Shown: positions 42,671 to 55,162, numbered from the stretch's first letter. The stretch is DNA of 64,000 nucleotides from Chiloscyllium plagiosum (GCF_004010195.1 NC_057718.1:21853066-21917065); one strand, 5' to 3'. Notes: generated by a model not told the origin, from the letters alone. Numbers and translations: made by a program.

Positions 42671-45112
42671 AGACAGCTTTTAAAATGGGAGGTACTGTAA
42701 CTTGCTCGAGAGCACAATCCTGTTCTTGCCCAATTCTGATTTTCTTCCTAATTGAGATTGTGCAATTCTGCTTTCCTCTTTCGCTTCTCATTCCACAGGC
42801 CCTTTCAGACTCACTGTCAGTGTACAGAAATGACTACATGCAGAACTATGGTTATACATTTAAATTCTCCACATTCTGGTGAATTAGAGTGACTGATGAG
42901 GCAACATGGCTCCCATACATCTTGCAGCTTTTATGTGGGTAAGGTTTGTTGCCCTTCCTGTGAAGATGCAGCAACACACCCTGCCAAAGCCAGGATCTCA
43001 GCCCACTTTCAGAAACACTCCATAATATTCCAAAGTGGCCTGTTTCTGGAGGTCAACTAATTGACCCAGGAACTCACTGTGCACAGCAATCATTTATCTC
43101 TTGTATGTCACCTCATTGAGGTGCTTCCAAGTCCTCACTAAAAATACTTGTCTGTAACCTTAGTCTCCAATGAGCAGACACAAACTATCCTTTATTCCTA
43201 GCATGGCAGCAGCCTGCTGGAAACTCATATGCAGTTTCCAGCTCTAATCTTTATGATAAATAAAATATCAGTATCTCAACTGGTGCCTGCAAGAGTTCGA
43301 TCAAATGATCATTTGTGCTTGTTCCTCTTCCTGGAAGTGTGTAAACAAAAAAATCAGAAGGGAAGGTTGGTCTGAGAAAAATATATGGAGTGTAAAGCAA
43401 GACGTCCATGGTCACACTTTTAGCAGCTTGCTCATCATGCCAGATTGCCAGAGGAAAGTGACATCTAAGCCTGGAAAATATCATCATACTCAATGTTTTC
43501 TGCAATCCTAAATACCAAGGACTGTCACAGACAACCTCATGATGCAAAATGTGCCAAAATCTTCACAGGGGTCAGGAAATGCAGAGTTCCTTGTTACTCA
43601 CTGGTTTTGTTTCTCTCCTCTTTGTTGTCCTACAAATAAAAAATTAGGAATGATGTTGGTGATATGTGTAGCTGGAGGTACATGGAAACAGTGTGAAGCT
43701 GGCAGCATTGGTAGGTCTGTGTTGCAGAATCTTGGTGTTAGGGCTGAGATCTGAATGCCAGAGTGCTGCTGGTTGAATGATGGGGGTGTGATGCATTGAG
43801 CAGTATGTGGGGTTTATGATGTGGCAGACAGATGCCATGCAAAGATGCACTCAGTGACCTTGACCATCGCTTTTGTTCATTAAGAGTCCTTATGCCACTG
43901 TTGCCAGGTCCTTAGGTACATGTGGCAGGAAGTGACTTCCTAGCCCCCTGCTCATATTTTCTTGAGGCTTATCCTAATGAGTCTTTTGGCTCACATGCTC
44001 ATCACTGATATCTCCAGTCCTGCAACTGTGATTCTACAGTCCTCCCTTTCACTGGAGCTCCATTTTCTTTGTTAATAATTGTAGCAATTGCAATTAGCTG
44101 TGGCCTATTGTAATAAAGCGCATCTTTCCTTTAAGTGGGGCAAACTATTTTTAAGATTAGAAAGTTGGCTGTAGCAGGCACTATCAGCAAAATACTGCTC
44201 AGCTTCTTGCTAAGGCAGAGACAGTCAGCAGCTCATGAGGGCAACCAAGAATGCAGAAGCCACTGAGCTCAGTTCTACTAAGGAGCAAATAATTTAGTGG
44301 CACAACATTTACATGCTGCCTAACATTACTAGAACAAAGACAAGGAGGTTTAAAATCAGGGCAAATCAATTTGCCTTGCATGTAAAACAGTTTTTTTTTA
44401 AATAAAGGGAAAACATCTTATAAGACTCAACATCTGAAAATTCCTGTTAGGTGCCCTGGGCAGCAAAGTTTCATGTCAACAGTGCAAATTCCTAACATCT
44501 ATGCTGTATAATACCAAAGTGCAAACAGGGACATGCAGAGACACTTCTCCTTTCAGAGTAAATATGAACTCCAGTCAATTCAGAACATAAGCTGAAATCT
44601 AGCAATTGATATACAATGATGCTTAAAGATTTCATATTTTTCACTAAAATGTACCAGAAAGTGTATGCATAAAACATTATCTTGAGTTTGGTGACATTAT
44701 GAAAATAAGCACTTTCAACAAAATTTTTTCACTTAATTATGTTATAATTATAAAGTATTTTTCCAATGCTCTGTTATTTATTACTACTGAGTCATTAATT
44801 CCCCTGCTCCTCTCCAAAATATTAGTGTGTAAGTGACGACTGGTGCAAGGTCATTTCACTCTATGTTACGCAGTATCTAATGAGACCTTGACAAGCATAG
44901 ATCTGTGATTTATGTTATTTTTAAAAAATTGTGAGGTCTCTTGTCCACTACTTCTCATTGAAGAAGTTTCTACAAATAGTGCCTCAGCTGTCCAGAAGGA
45001 CAAAGCCTTGGATGAATCATTGCCTATGTTTTTTTCCTTCCCTCAGACAAATTAGCTCTTTTTCCTGGCTATTTGGAATCTCAATTATTTGAAGCAAATG
45101 CAGGATAGAGAC

Positions 45113-45723
45113 TTATGGACCAGGCCAGATCCCCCCCTCAAAACATTCCAAGAAACTAGTCCAGACCCTAACTTTTCTAGTTGCTTTAAGCAGATACAAA
45201 AGTGACTATTCCAGGAGTGGTGCAGCTGGTTAAAGAAATACCCTCAGTTTTAAACAAAACAGGATTTATTTACAGAGTACCAAATGAAACACAAACAAAA
45301 AAAGAACATAATACAGAATAACTTAACCTATCCAAAAACCCAAAAGAATTTCCCAGCTTAATGATGCTATTCCAAATTCCTGCAACAGTCCCCATAAACA
45401 CTCCTTGGTAAAAAAGGGCAAAAATCAAACATGTTCTTATAGGAGAGAGAAATGGTAGAGAGATTCAGCACGGAACACTTTCCATGTAGAGGTTTCTTTG
45501 ACCAGCAGTCTCAACCAGCCAGACTGGTTGCTAAAACCAAACCAGGAAAAAGCTGATCTGGGAAAACTGGCCACTCCCCATTCATTTTACAAGTGTTTGT
45601 TTAAAAACTTAACTTCTTTGAGTAGATAACCCCAGACATTTCGGAATCTGTGTGTTTATGATCCCTCTTGGAAAAAAAAAATCAAGGATAACCTAATCTT
45701 GTTAAAGGAGCAGCACTGTCACA
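45113..45723 (-). mobile_element. Probable solo LTR (~610 bp)
   Basis: One end reads TGTGACA on the minus strand; the other end is imperfect. Flanked by AGAC on both sides (45109-45112, 45724-45727). Non-coding. Confidence 0.5.
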
Positions 45724-47727
45724 AGACAGACACTAACAACAGTGGAAACAGATTCAATAGTAACTTTCAAAAGTGAATTGCTTACACACTTGAATAGGAG
45801 TTATTTGTGTATCTGTAAGATTATAGAGAAAAGGGGGCAGTGAGACTAATCACATAGCTTTACGAAAGTATCAACATGGCCATGATGGGTCAAAGAATCA
45901 GATTGGATAAAATTCATTTCATTAGAATCTAGACACGAGTGTGGGATAGGGAAGTAAATTCGCTGGTTTTGACATGAACAGATTTTACTAAAACAAATGA
46001 AGTACTTCTTTCAGCTGAAGTTAATTTTTTTAAATGTACTGATTAGAAGCAATACTGAGTCAGAATTTGCATCATGCAATAGAGAGCGCTGACCAGGAAA
46101 AGAAATAAATCAGCCACACAAATTCTTGATTTTGTTTCTTCAATTATTTAAATCAAAGGGGCTCATGATTAACACTGAACAACCGTAACACACAAAAACA
46201 GAAAAAAAAATTCTGCATATTGAATGCCATATTTCCACGTCTCTTCATTATTGGACATCTGGGAGAACAAGTATAGGAAAATTGTGCAAAGTGGAAAGTG
46301 CACATTCCTCAACAGAAATAAAGACACAAAATGTAGGAATACTCAAAATGTTTCTGATGTTCAAAAAGTTATTGGCCTGAAGCATTAATTGTTTCTCTCT
46401 CTCTTTCCCCCCCCCCCCAGGTACAGCCTACCCTGTAAACTATTTTCCACATTTTGTGCTTTGATATCAGATTTCTATGATTTGCTGTGTTTAACAAAGC
46501 CTACACAAAATTTCCATGTGTTGGATTAAAAGGACAAAACTTATCAATGCACCATTATCGTCAGGCATTCCTACCTATCCAAGCTTCCATTATTTATTAG
46601 TTAGGTCATCAATAGCCCAAGAGCCAGAAACAATAAAAATTTGATCTACTATCATTTTTAGGGACCATGCACTGCTCATTAGAATAATTCTCAGGTATTG
46701 TTATTTATTAAGTATCTTGAAGGGAGTATATTACATTCCCTCCCTCCCAGTCCACATCTTTCAAAGTTTGTCTCCATTTCTGTGTAAGAGGCAAAGGAGG
46801 TGACAAACTAAGTCCCAGGAAAACACCATCTAATGTTCTTCTGCTGATGAGGGGTATCCAGCAAGGTGACATCATTGAGTCAAAGGTTGTTAGCTGGGAC
46901 TGTAGAAGGTTGCTGAGAGAGGCGAAAGTGAAGCCATGGCAGCAAATTTGTAAATTTGAGGTTGGTGATTCTAAACTTAATGTGCAGTGCACTAAAGCAC
47001 CCCAGCCAAAATAATTTTTTTTCTCCAAATAATTTAAAATAGAAGTTATGAAAGAACATTCAAAGAACAGTGTTTGACAAGTGTTTCTCGTTATTAACTG
47101 AGTGGGAGACAGCAACTGCTGCAAATAACTCTGGTTAAATACAATGGATTAGAGGGGATGATAAAACCTAGTGGTGCGTAGTTATTATTAGGTGTCATAT
47201 CCATTCTAATCCAACATACGTCATTAGCTGTTTAAAACTCCCTTGGCAATTCCCATGCCATACAGAACACAGGAGTAACAATATGAAACTGTTGGCATCA
47301 AATTCATTACATATTGCATCTGTATCTGCTTTAATTGTGGAATACCATACAACTGTAAAGATCAATTTTGATTGTTTTTCACAAACTTTTAAACTTAGTC
47401 AGAAAACTGCAATACAAATGAACAATTCACTCCTGGAAAAACACAAATCACTAATGAATCAAATTGTCCCATTTATCAAGCAATAATTGCACCCATTCCC
47501 AACCTATTTAAGATATTGTAACCAAGCTTTGCTTGATGAAAAAGCTCACTTTTCATGACTGGCACCTTCTCGAATTCATATTGCTAACGATGACTTGGTT
47601 TTCTGTTTCCGTGGGGAATTTGTAAATAAATTGGCTGGGTTTAGAACTTACCTGGAGTATCAGAGTGACAGACTTTTTAATTTTTTGCAGAGAATTTTTG
47701 TTTATTAAAAAGCAACAAATCACTGAC

Positions 47728-47910
47728 CTTTCTCTGCTGCTTCTCCCAGGCAGGGTCCAGCAGGAGGTCTCTATCCCAATCTTCTTCCTGCATCATGTAC
47801 TCTTCCATCTCGCTCTCATAGTTGTGGTTGTAATGCACCGTTTCTTCTACCTGGGTCATGGTGTGGCTTTGGACATGGCTCACTGTCGTACTTTTCATTT
47901 GGGACATCAT
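47728..47910 (-). CDS. ACTN3: Alpha-actinin coding exon 1 (61 codons from first ATG; alternative ATG at 47859)
   Basis: [61 protein letters not shown], then donor AAG|gtcagt. The phase-0 join to exon 2 gives the canonical QQRK-TFTAW. EEDW resembles ACTN3, while MTQVE..VHY resembles ACTN2. Confidence 0.92.
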
Positions 47911-48049
47911 GATGTTTTTTTTCTTGAGTGGAATAGTTGCGGGACGGCACAATTCGGAGCCCTTAGGTATTGCTATTCTTAATATATCTTTCTTTCTCGA
48001 TCGGCAAGTCAAGTGATATACACTTTAAGCTGTTGCTGTGAGAGCTACC

Positions 48050-48260
48050 TGCACTCAGGCTCCTCTCCCGTCCTCTATCCTTGTCCCCGGCTGTCAGCAA
48101 GCAGCACAGCGCGCACCCGCCGCCTTGTCCTAATAGCCGCGGTCACGTGAGTGGCGCGCGCACCCGCCCGGGACGGCGTGGGATTGTCCAAGAATAGATA
48201 TGACCGTCCCCGAGGACTGTTGTAGCGGTGTGGTAGTCTCCCTTCCTCTAAGCTAGAAGA
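48050..48260 (-). promoter_or_regulatory. CpG-rich proximal promoter / 5' UTR region of alpha-actinin
   Basis: Local CpG cluster (gcgcgc, ccgccc, cgcgg) in otherwise CpG-poor DNA, 150-350 bp upstream of the ATG. E-box GGTCACGTGA at 48141-48150. Confidence 0.6.
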
Positions 48261-49467
48261 CCCGGGTCTAAGTCTCATCTGCTCCAAAGGTCCAACGTTA
48301 TCACACCTGTAACGGGTTGATTGGAAAATAATTCCAACCCTTGAGGATGCCTCAGAACAATTTCTCAACCAGCCTGAAACGGTCAGTTCATCCTGTGTGC
48401 GAAATGCTTGAGGACACTTTGGGTGGAAAAGATTGCAAAACTTTAAGCGTGCAGATGACACGCAAAGCTGTGACGAGGATTCCGCAAGGGGATGGAGAGA
48501 CTGCTGGAATGGGAGAATACAGCGTAGAGCAAATTAGTGTCAGTTTGTTTGAAATTTCTGTGAGTTTCCTCATTTGCACGAACCACAGTTACAACCCTTT
48601 AATTGTCTACATTCCAGGAGAAATTGATGGATTTCTCTACTTTCCAAAGATGTTGATCATCTCAGTTGAGATTTCACTGTAGTATTGCACTGTTGGGAGT
48701 TATGTTTTATATCCTTAGATCAGAGTTTACTGCTATCACTTGATTGCATATCATTCCTATGACAATTGGACCACAAATGATTTTCTTTCTTTTGTCAAAA
48801 GAACATAAAGAGATTGGAAAGGAAGTGAGCCAGAACCAGAAACTGAATCGTGATGTCCAGCAGTGTAGTTGTGGTAGAGAAACAGTACAACTAATAAAAC
48901 TGTGTCAAATATTACCATCTGATTGAAGGGACTGCCAAACTTGTGAGATGAAACTGGCAGCAATTATTCCTGGTTATTGGTTGCTCCAGACATCGGGACA
49001 TGATTTTGTTGATGTTAGGTAGAAGGAACCATGCCCTGAATTATGCCCCACATTGGAAAGCTGACAAGTTCATTCATTTTTCCAGAAATAAGAACAAAGA
49101 GCTGTAACTATAAGGACTGTAATAATGAGGAGACCCACAGTTTAAGAGAAGGTGATGGTGGTAACGGAGGAAGCTTTTCATGTTGTCCATTGTCACCAGG
49201 TAGAAAATCTAACTCCGCTAACTTGCGGAATAAAAGCAAGGCTGTAGATATTGCCTACTTGGAGTCTCGGAGATATTTGGCATTCTCTCATAAAACAAAG
49301 ATGTTTGACATGATGCTTCTTTTTCTAGACTAACATGGATGAATGGTTTGGAGGTGCCAGTGTTGGACAGGGTGTACAAAGTTAAAAATCACACAACACC
49401 AGGTCATGGCTGAAAAATGTGTTGCTGGAAAAGCGCAGCAGGTCAGGCAGCATCCAAGGAGCAGGAG

Positions 49468-49503
49468 AATCAACGTTTCGGGCTTAAGCCCTTCTTCAGG
49501 AAT
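49468..49503 (-). ncRNA. Minimal hammerhead ribozyme motif (PLE family A)
   Basis: attc CTGAAGA a GGGC-ttaa-GCCC GAAAC GTT gatt: intact core, perfect stem II, ACGT palindrome, NUH triplet. Confidence 0.7.
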
Positions 49504-49667
49504 GAGGAGGGTGTGCCAAGCAGGCTAAGATAAAAGGTAGGGAGGAGGGACTAGGGGGAGGGGCATTGGGAATGCGATAAGTGGAAAGAGGTTAAGGTGA
49601 GGGTGATAGGCCGGAGAGTGGGTGGGGGCGGAGAGGTCGGGAAGAAGATTGCAGGTCAATAAGGCGG

Positions 49668-49919
49668 NNNNNNNNNNNNNNNNNNNNNNNNNNNNNNNNN
49701 NNNNNNNNNNNNNNNNNNNNNNNNNNNNNNNNNNNNNNNNNNNNNNNNNNNNNNNNNNNNNNNNNNNNNNNNNNNNNNNNNNNNNNNNNNNNNNNNNNNN
49801 NNNNNNNNNNNNNNNNNNNNNNNNNNNNNNNNNNNNNNNNNNNNNNNNNNNNNNNNNNNNNNNNNNNNNNNNNNNNNNNNNNNNNNNNNNNNNNNNNNNN
49901 NNNNNNNNNNNNNNNNNNN
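49668..49919. other. Assembly gap (N run)
   Basis: Run of n. Confidence 1.
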
Positions 49920-51559
49920 GTGGAGGTTGGGTTGGTGGGGGGTCATGGAGGGAGTGGTCTTTCCGGAACGCTGATAGGGAAGGGGAGGGAAATATATCCT
50001 TGGTGGTGGGGTCTGTTTGGAGGTGGTGGAAATGACGAAAGATGATACGATGTATCTGGAGGTTGGTGGGGTGGTAGGTGAGGACCAGTGGGGTTCTGTC
50101 CTGGTGGCGATTGAAGGGGTGGGGTACAAGGGTGGAGGAGCGTGAAGTGGAGGAGATGCGGTGGAGAGCATTGTCAACCACGTCTGTGGGGAAATTGCGG
50201 TCTTTGAAGAAGGAGGCCATCTGGGTTGTTTGGTAGTGGAATTGGTCCTTCTGAGAGCAGATGCGGCAGAGGTGAAGGAATTTGGAATATGGGATGGCGT
50301 TTTTACAGGGGGCAGGGTGGGAGGAGGTCATGGTCATGGTCCAACAGGTTTATTTGGAAGCACTACCTTTCGGAGTGCTGCTCCTTAATCAGATGAAGAA
50401 GCAGCCCTCCGAAACTTAGTGCTTACAAAAAATCTGTTGGACAATAACTTGCTGTTGTGTGATTGACAAAGGGAATTATTTAGAGAATATGATCTTTGTT
50501 AGATAATTGTGATTGCAGTGAGTCATAGGTAAGCATGGCCTCCTGAGTTTGCTGGATGTAACTGCAGTCTCTTAGAGCTTTCTAGAATGCCTTATGGAAT
50601 CAAAAGCAACTTCCCAGTTTTCCCTGAATTATCTGCAAAATTTTTAATCTGGCTGTTTCCTTCCCCGCACTAGCATGGCTAAGGTGGGTGAACAACATAT
50701 TGACGTATTGTGGCTCCCAGTGCTATTTTGAGTATACTTCCACCCACCCTATTTCCTGTAAGGAATCTGTTCTATTCTCACAGTTTCTCGATTTCTGTCA
50801 CATCTACTCTGATGATATGAACTTCCACAGAAGGTCAGGAAAGAGAGGAAGAGGAACTCAGCAGCTTGGCTTCCAGCAGACAAGACTGCTGTGTTTCTGG
50901 CTCCCTAATTTGAGAGGAGAGTGAAAATTAAGGAAAACATCTTATGAAAGATGATTCTTTGGAAGGATAGAGGTTACTGACAATACCTTCATTTGTGTAG
51001 AAATGAATGTGGTTCTCCCCCATTGATTTTTCACCCTGCACCCTTGAGATGAATGGCTGACTTCGGCTGCCCCTCAATTCATTTGCATGCCTTCAACCTG
51101 AGGTAAATGTAGCCCTTGATACCCCTCAGGTTTTGCCTGGCCTAGCTGGGAACTGCAACTGTAACAGCCCAACTGATGGGTTACTAGAGTATGCAGAAGG
51201 GAAAGACCACCTCTCCTTTCACTGGATTTGACCCGGTACACTGATGTGCCCATTGTTTTGGAAATACCACAGAGGATTTTACTGTTATCAATGGGGGGGG
51301 ATCAGATCTAACCAGTTACCCGAGATAACTGTCCAAACTCAATGTGCAAGAGGTGTCCAATGTTGGAGCAGACCACCTGGAGATGGATTTAGACTCCATC
51401 ATGAGCACAAGGACACAAAAGAGGTAGTGGGAGGCCTAGTCTTCCAGATGTAGTTCCCTTATTCCCATGAGAAAATTCCAGGAGTTTTTACAACGTCAGC
51501 AAAGTCGCTCAGTTAACATTGGGCAAGTGGAAAGCTCTTATTCCTCAGTTTCTGATGGC

Positions 51560-52542
51560 CTAGAGAGTAGAAACATTCAAACTAGTAGACCTGCGCCTCA
51601 CCACCTACTTCACATTCAATAACAAAACCCACAAACACGTCAACGGAACACCTATGGGATTACCAATATCATAGCGGAAGCAGTAATGCAGAGACTTGAA
51701 CCAGCTGCCCTCCCATCTATCCTACCCAAACGTAGGGCCTGCTATGTACATAACACCTTTGTCGTCACAAAACGGAACAAATTAGAGGAAATATACATCT
51801 CCATCAACAATATCTTGACAGGCATAAAATTCACAAATGAAGAGGAGAATGACAACAGGCTCCCATTCCGTGACATGACAGTTGAACATACCAGCGTCTA
51901 CAGAAAAACAACAAACACAGACCAAATACTTAACTTCAGAAGCAATCATCCCAACACCCACAAATGGAGCTGCGTCAAGACATTATTTCAATGAGCTACA
52001 TCACACTGCAGCACACAAGAACTACAAAGAGCAGAGGAAAAGTACCTATACAATGTTTTCAAGCAAAATGGGTACTCAATAAATACAATCCGCTGATTCC
52101 TCAGAAAAGCAGACAAAAGGAAACCATAAACTATAACCACATTACCTTACATCAAAGACATATCAGAAATGACTTCAAGACTACTCAGACTCCTTGGCAT
52201 CATGGTAGCCCACAAACCTACCAATACATTTAAATAGCAACTTAATGAACCTAAAGGATCCATTAGATACTACCAGCAAAACTAATGTCATCTACAAGAT
52301 ACCATGCAAGAACTGTAAAAAAACATTACATCAGACAAACTAGCAGGAAACTTGTCATCAGGATACATGAACACCAACCGGCCACCAAAAGACACAACCC
52401 ACTATCACTAGTTTCTATACATACAGACAAAGAGGGACACCACTTTGACTGGGACAACACACACATCCTAGGACAGGCGAAACAAAGAAATGCAGGAGAA
52501 TTCTTAAAAGCATGGCAGTCTAACTAGAACTCCATCAATAAA
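51560..52542 (+). mobile_element. PLE family C: degenerate RT and GIY-YIG endonuclease
   Basis: GTPMG, AEAVMQRLE, YVHNTFV (decayed YVDD), IKFT.EEE...LPF, VYRK...SNHP, NVIYKIPC..C..HYIRQT.RKL..RIHEH. Confidence 0.88.
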
Positions 52543-53473
52543 GGTTAGGATTTGGAAACAGTGGTGTTGGACTGGGGTGTACAAAGTTAAAAATCACACA
52601 ACACCAGGTTATAGTCCAACAGGTTTATTGGAAGTACTAGCTTTTGGAGCACTGCTCCTTCATCAGTGGTAGTTGTGGAGAATAAGATTGTAAGACACAG
52701 AATTTATAGCAAACATTTACAGTGTGATATAACTGAAATTATATATTGAGGAAGACCAGGATTGTTTGTTACGTCTCTTATCTTTTAGAATGACCATGTT
52801 GGTTTCAGTTGTTTCATATGTAAATTGGAAAACTTCTTTTAAAAGTTACATTCTCAAGTGTACTTTAACAACTGGTGTCATGTCAGCCAGATAATGTATT
52901 GAAGGTGTTAGTTCCCTGTGTGAGGCTGTCATGCCACAATGGTCAGACTGATTCTAATCTATAAAATGGATTTACAGAATCTTACATGAATTCATGCAGT
53001 TTTTGAGCAAAGTAAAATATAATTCTGCAAGTACAAATTCACCCCACAAACTTATACGTGTATGTGTGCATGTGGGTTTGTGTGTGTGTGAGGAGGGGGG
53101 AGGTTATGAGTGTCTGTGAGAGGGTGTGTGTATGTGTGTGAGTGTAAAGGGGTTTAAGTCTGTGAGAGGGTTTGTGTGTGGGAGTGTATGTGTGTGTATG
53201 AGAGAGGGTCTGCGTATATGTGTGTGTGTGTCCATCAGTCTGTCTGTGTGTGTATAGTGCAATGGGGTCACCAGTAGTGTGATATATACCTGAGGTCCCA
53301 GTTGAGGCCATCCCCATGGGCACCAAACTTGGCTAAACCTCCGCTCAGGCACTTTTCGTTGTTGCCTGTCCTGAAGTCCGCCTTGCAGGCTGGTCACCCA
53401 AAGGTCCGAGGTCAAACGTCCTGGACTGCTGAAGTGTTCTCCCACTGGGAGGGAATAGTCTTGCCTGTTGATT

Positions 53474-54189
53474 CTGGATTAGTGGTGCTGGAAGAGCACA
53501 GAAGTTCAGGCAGCATCCGAGGAGCAGTAAAATCGACGTTTTGGGCAGAAGCCCTTAATCAGGAATAAAGGCAGAGAGCCTGAAGCGTGGAAAGATAAGC
53601 TAGAGGAGGGTGGGGGTCGGGAGAAAGTAGCATAGAGTACAATAGGTGAGTGGGGGAGGGGTGAAGGTGATAGGTCAGGGAGGAGGGTGGAGTGGATAGG
53701 TGGAAAAGGAGATAGGCAGGTAGGACAAGTCCGGACAAGTCATGGGGGCAGTGCTGAGCTGGAAGTTTGGAACTGGGGTGAGGTGGGGGAAGGGGAAATG
53801 AGGGAGCTGTTGAAGTCCACATTGATGCCCTGGGGTTGAAGTGTTCCGAGGCGGAAGATGAGGCGTTCTTCCTCCAGGCGTCTGGTGGTGAGGGAGTGGC
53901 GGTGAAGGAGGCCCAGGACCTCCATGTCCTTGGCAGAGTGGGAGGGGGAGTTGAAATGTTGGGCCACAGGGCGGTGTGGTTGATTGGTACGGGTGTCCCG
54001 GAGATGTTCCCTAAAGCATGGTGGTGAGGGAGCGGCGTCGATTTTACTGCTCCTCAGATTATTCCTGATGAAGAGCTTTTGCCTGAAACGTCGATTTTAC
54101 TGCTCCTCGGATGCTGCCTGAACTGCTGTGCTCTTCCAGCACCACTAATCCAGAATCTGGTTTCCAGTATCTGCAGTCATTGTTTTACC
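53474..54189. mobile_element. PLE family A inverted insertion, 12-bp TSD
   Basis: TSD TGCCTGTTGATT at 53462-53473 and 54190-54201. Encodes AQHFNSPSHSAKDMEVLG...EEERLIFRLG. Confidence 0.88.
54061..54096 (+). ncRNA. Minimal hammerhead ribozyme motif (PLE family A)
   Basis: attc CTGATGA a gagc-tttt-gcct GAAAC GTC gatt: intact core and GUC site, weakened stem II. Confidence 0.6.
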
Positions 54190-54729
54190 TGCCTGTTGAT
54201 TGTTGTGCGGTGTCCATTCATCCATTGTCGTAGCCTCTGTTTGGTCTCACCAATCTACCATGCCTCAGGGCATCTTGCCTGCAGCGTTTGAGGTAGACAA
54301 CGTTAGTTGAGTCGCATGAGTACCTGCCACGTACATGGTGGGAGGTGTCCCCACGCATGATGGTGGTGCCCTTGTCGACATTCTGACACGTCTTTGCAGC
54401 GTCTACAGTGACAAGGGTGTATGGTATGGCATCCTACACACAGACACACACTCACGCAGACCCTCTCTCATACACTCACACATACATACCCTCTCACAGA
54501 CTTAAACCATTTTACACACACACACCCTCTCATAGACACTCATAACCTACACACCTCCCCCCCAACAAACTGAGTTTCTCCAACATTCTCTTATATTTGT
54601 TTAAGATTTTAAGCATCCGCACTGTTTTTTTTTTCACTTTTAGTACGAGTTTTCATTGTGGTTGGTTCCTTTCGTTCTTTCTTTCCTACACCTGAAAGAA
54701 AAAGCAATGCAGCCCCCTTAAGTTGATAG

Positions 54730-55135
54730 TAGACGTTCTGTCACCCGAACCAGGCAGACAACGCAGGGCTTAATACATAGCTGCAGCTGGTTGCTGTAAC
54801 GGTGAAATTATAGATTTATTAAGTTGCAGGAAATTACACAAGCGTACAGCCGTCACTGGACAAGGAAAGCAAGTGAAACGGCCCTGCAATCGCTTGCGGT
54901 GAAAGTTCACTCAGAGGAAGACAGCTGTCAAATCGCGAGCGTTGCTCTCAATCACGGAAGTGATCGCTACCAATCGCAAAGCGAATTCGTTTGCCAATCA
55001 CTCCCTCAGCGGCTTCTCGTTGGACGCTAGTGTAATTGTGACATCCGTGGCTGGGTTCGGTGGATGCGGAGGGGTTTGTCGCCAGTCGGTGTCTTTGGGT
55101 TTTCTTTTGGTCATCCCCAATCAATAGGTTCCTAG
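54730..55135 (+). promoter_or_regulatory. CpG-rich promoter / 5' region of the galectin gene
   Basis: CpG cluster with ETS-type CGGAAGTG (54955-54962), several CCAAT/CAATC boxes and TCGCGA, directly upstream of the first galectin coding exon. Confidence 0.55.
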
Positions 55136-55162
55136 ATGTCTAACCCAACGATATTCAACCCG
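55136..55162 (+). CDS. Galectin (galectin-8/galectin-12-like), first coding exon
   Basis: ATG TCT AAC CCA ACG ATA TTC AAC CCG|gtaagg = MSNPTIFNP, with a strong phase-0 donor and an in-frame TAG just before the ATG. Ends in [FY]-N/H-P like the first coding exon of tandem-repeat galectins. Confidence 0.75.

Larger units (their letters stand above)
49342..50465. mobile_element. PLE family B inverted pLTR with a nested PLE family A (~49409-50325, minus)
   Basis: The family B sequence ...caacaccaggtcatgg resumes at ggtcatggtccaacagg after the insertion. The nested part encodes SSHPAPCKNAIPYSKFLHLCRICS. Confidence 0.8.
52548..54570 (-). mobile_element. PLE family B long 3' fragment with (CA)-rich UTR, split by a nested family A element
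   Basis: pLTR with hammerhead at ~52633-52670, and GEHFSSPG...LQGGLQDRQQRK remnant. Continues at 54202-54420, with an inverted CA-rich piece at ~54435-54565. Confidence 0.8.

Noticed and set aside
47911..48012. Upstream part of the 111-aa ORF (MTCRSRKK...)
   Set aside because: It starts at TTG and shows no actinin similarity; likely 5' UTR.
49525..50337. 270-aa ORF
   Set aside because: The length is inflated by the N gap; the real part is a PLE remnant.
48260..55135. HEATR1 first exon expected if this were the canonical ACTN2 locus
   Set aside because: No MTSLAQQL-like coding sequence recognised by eye; absence is not proven.
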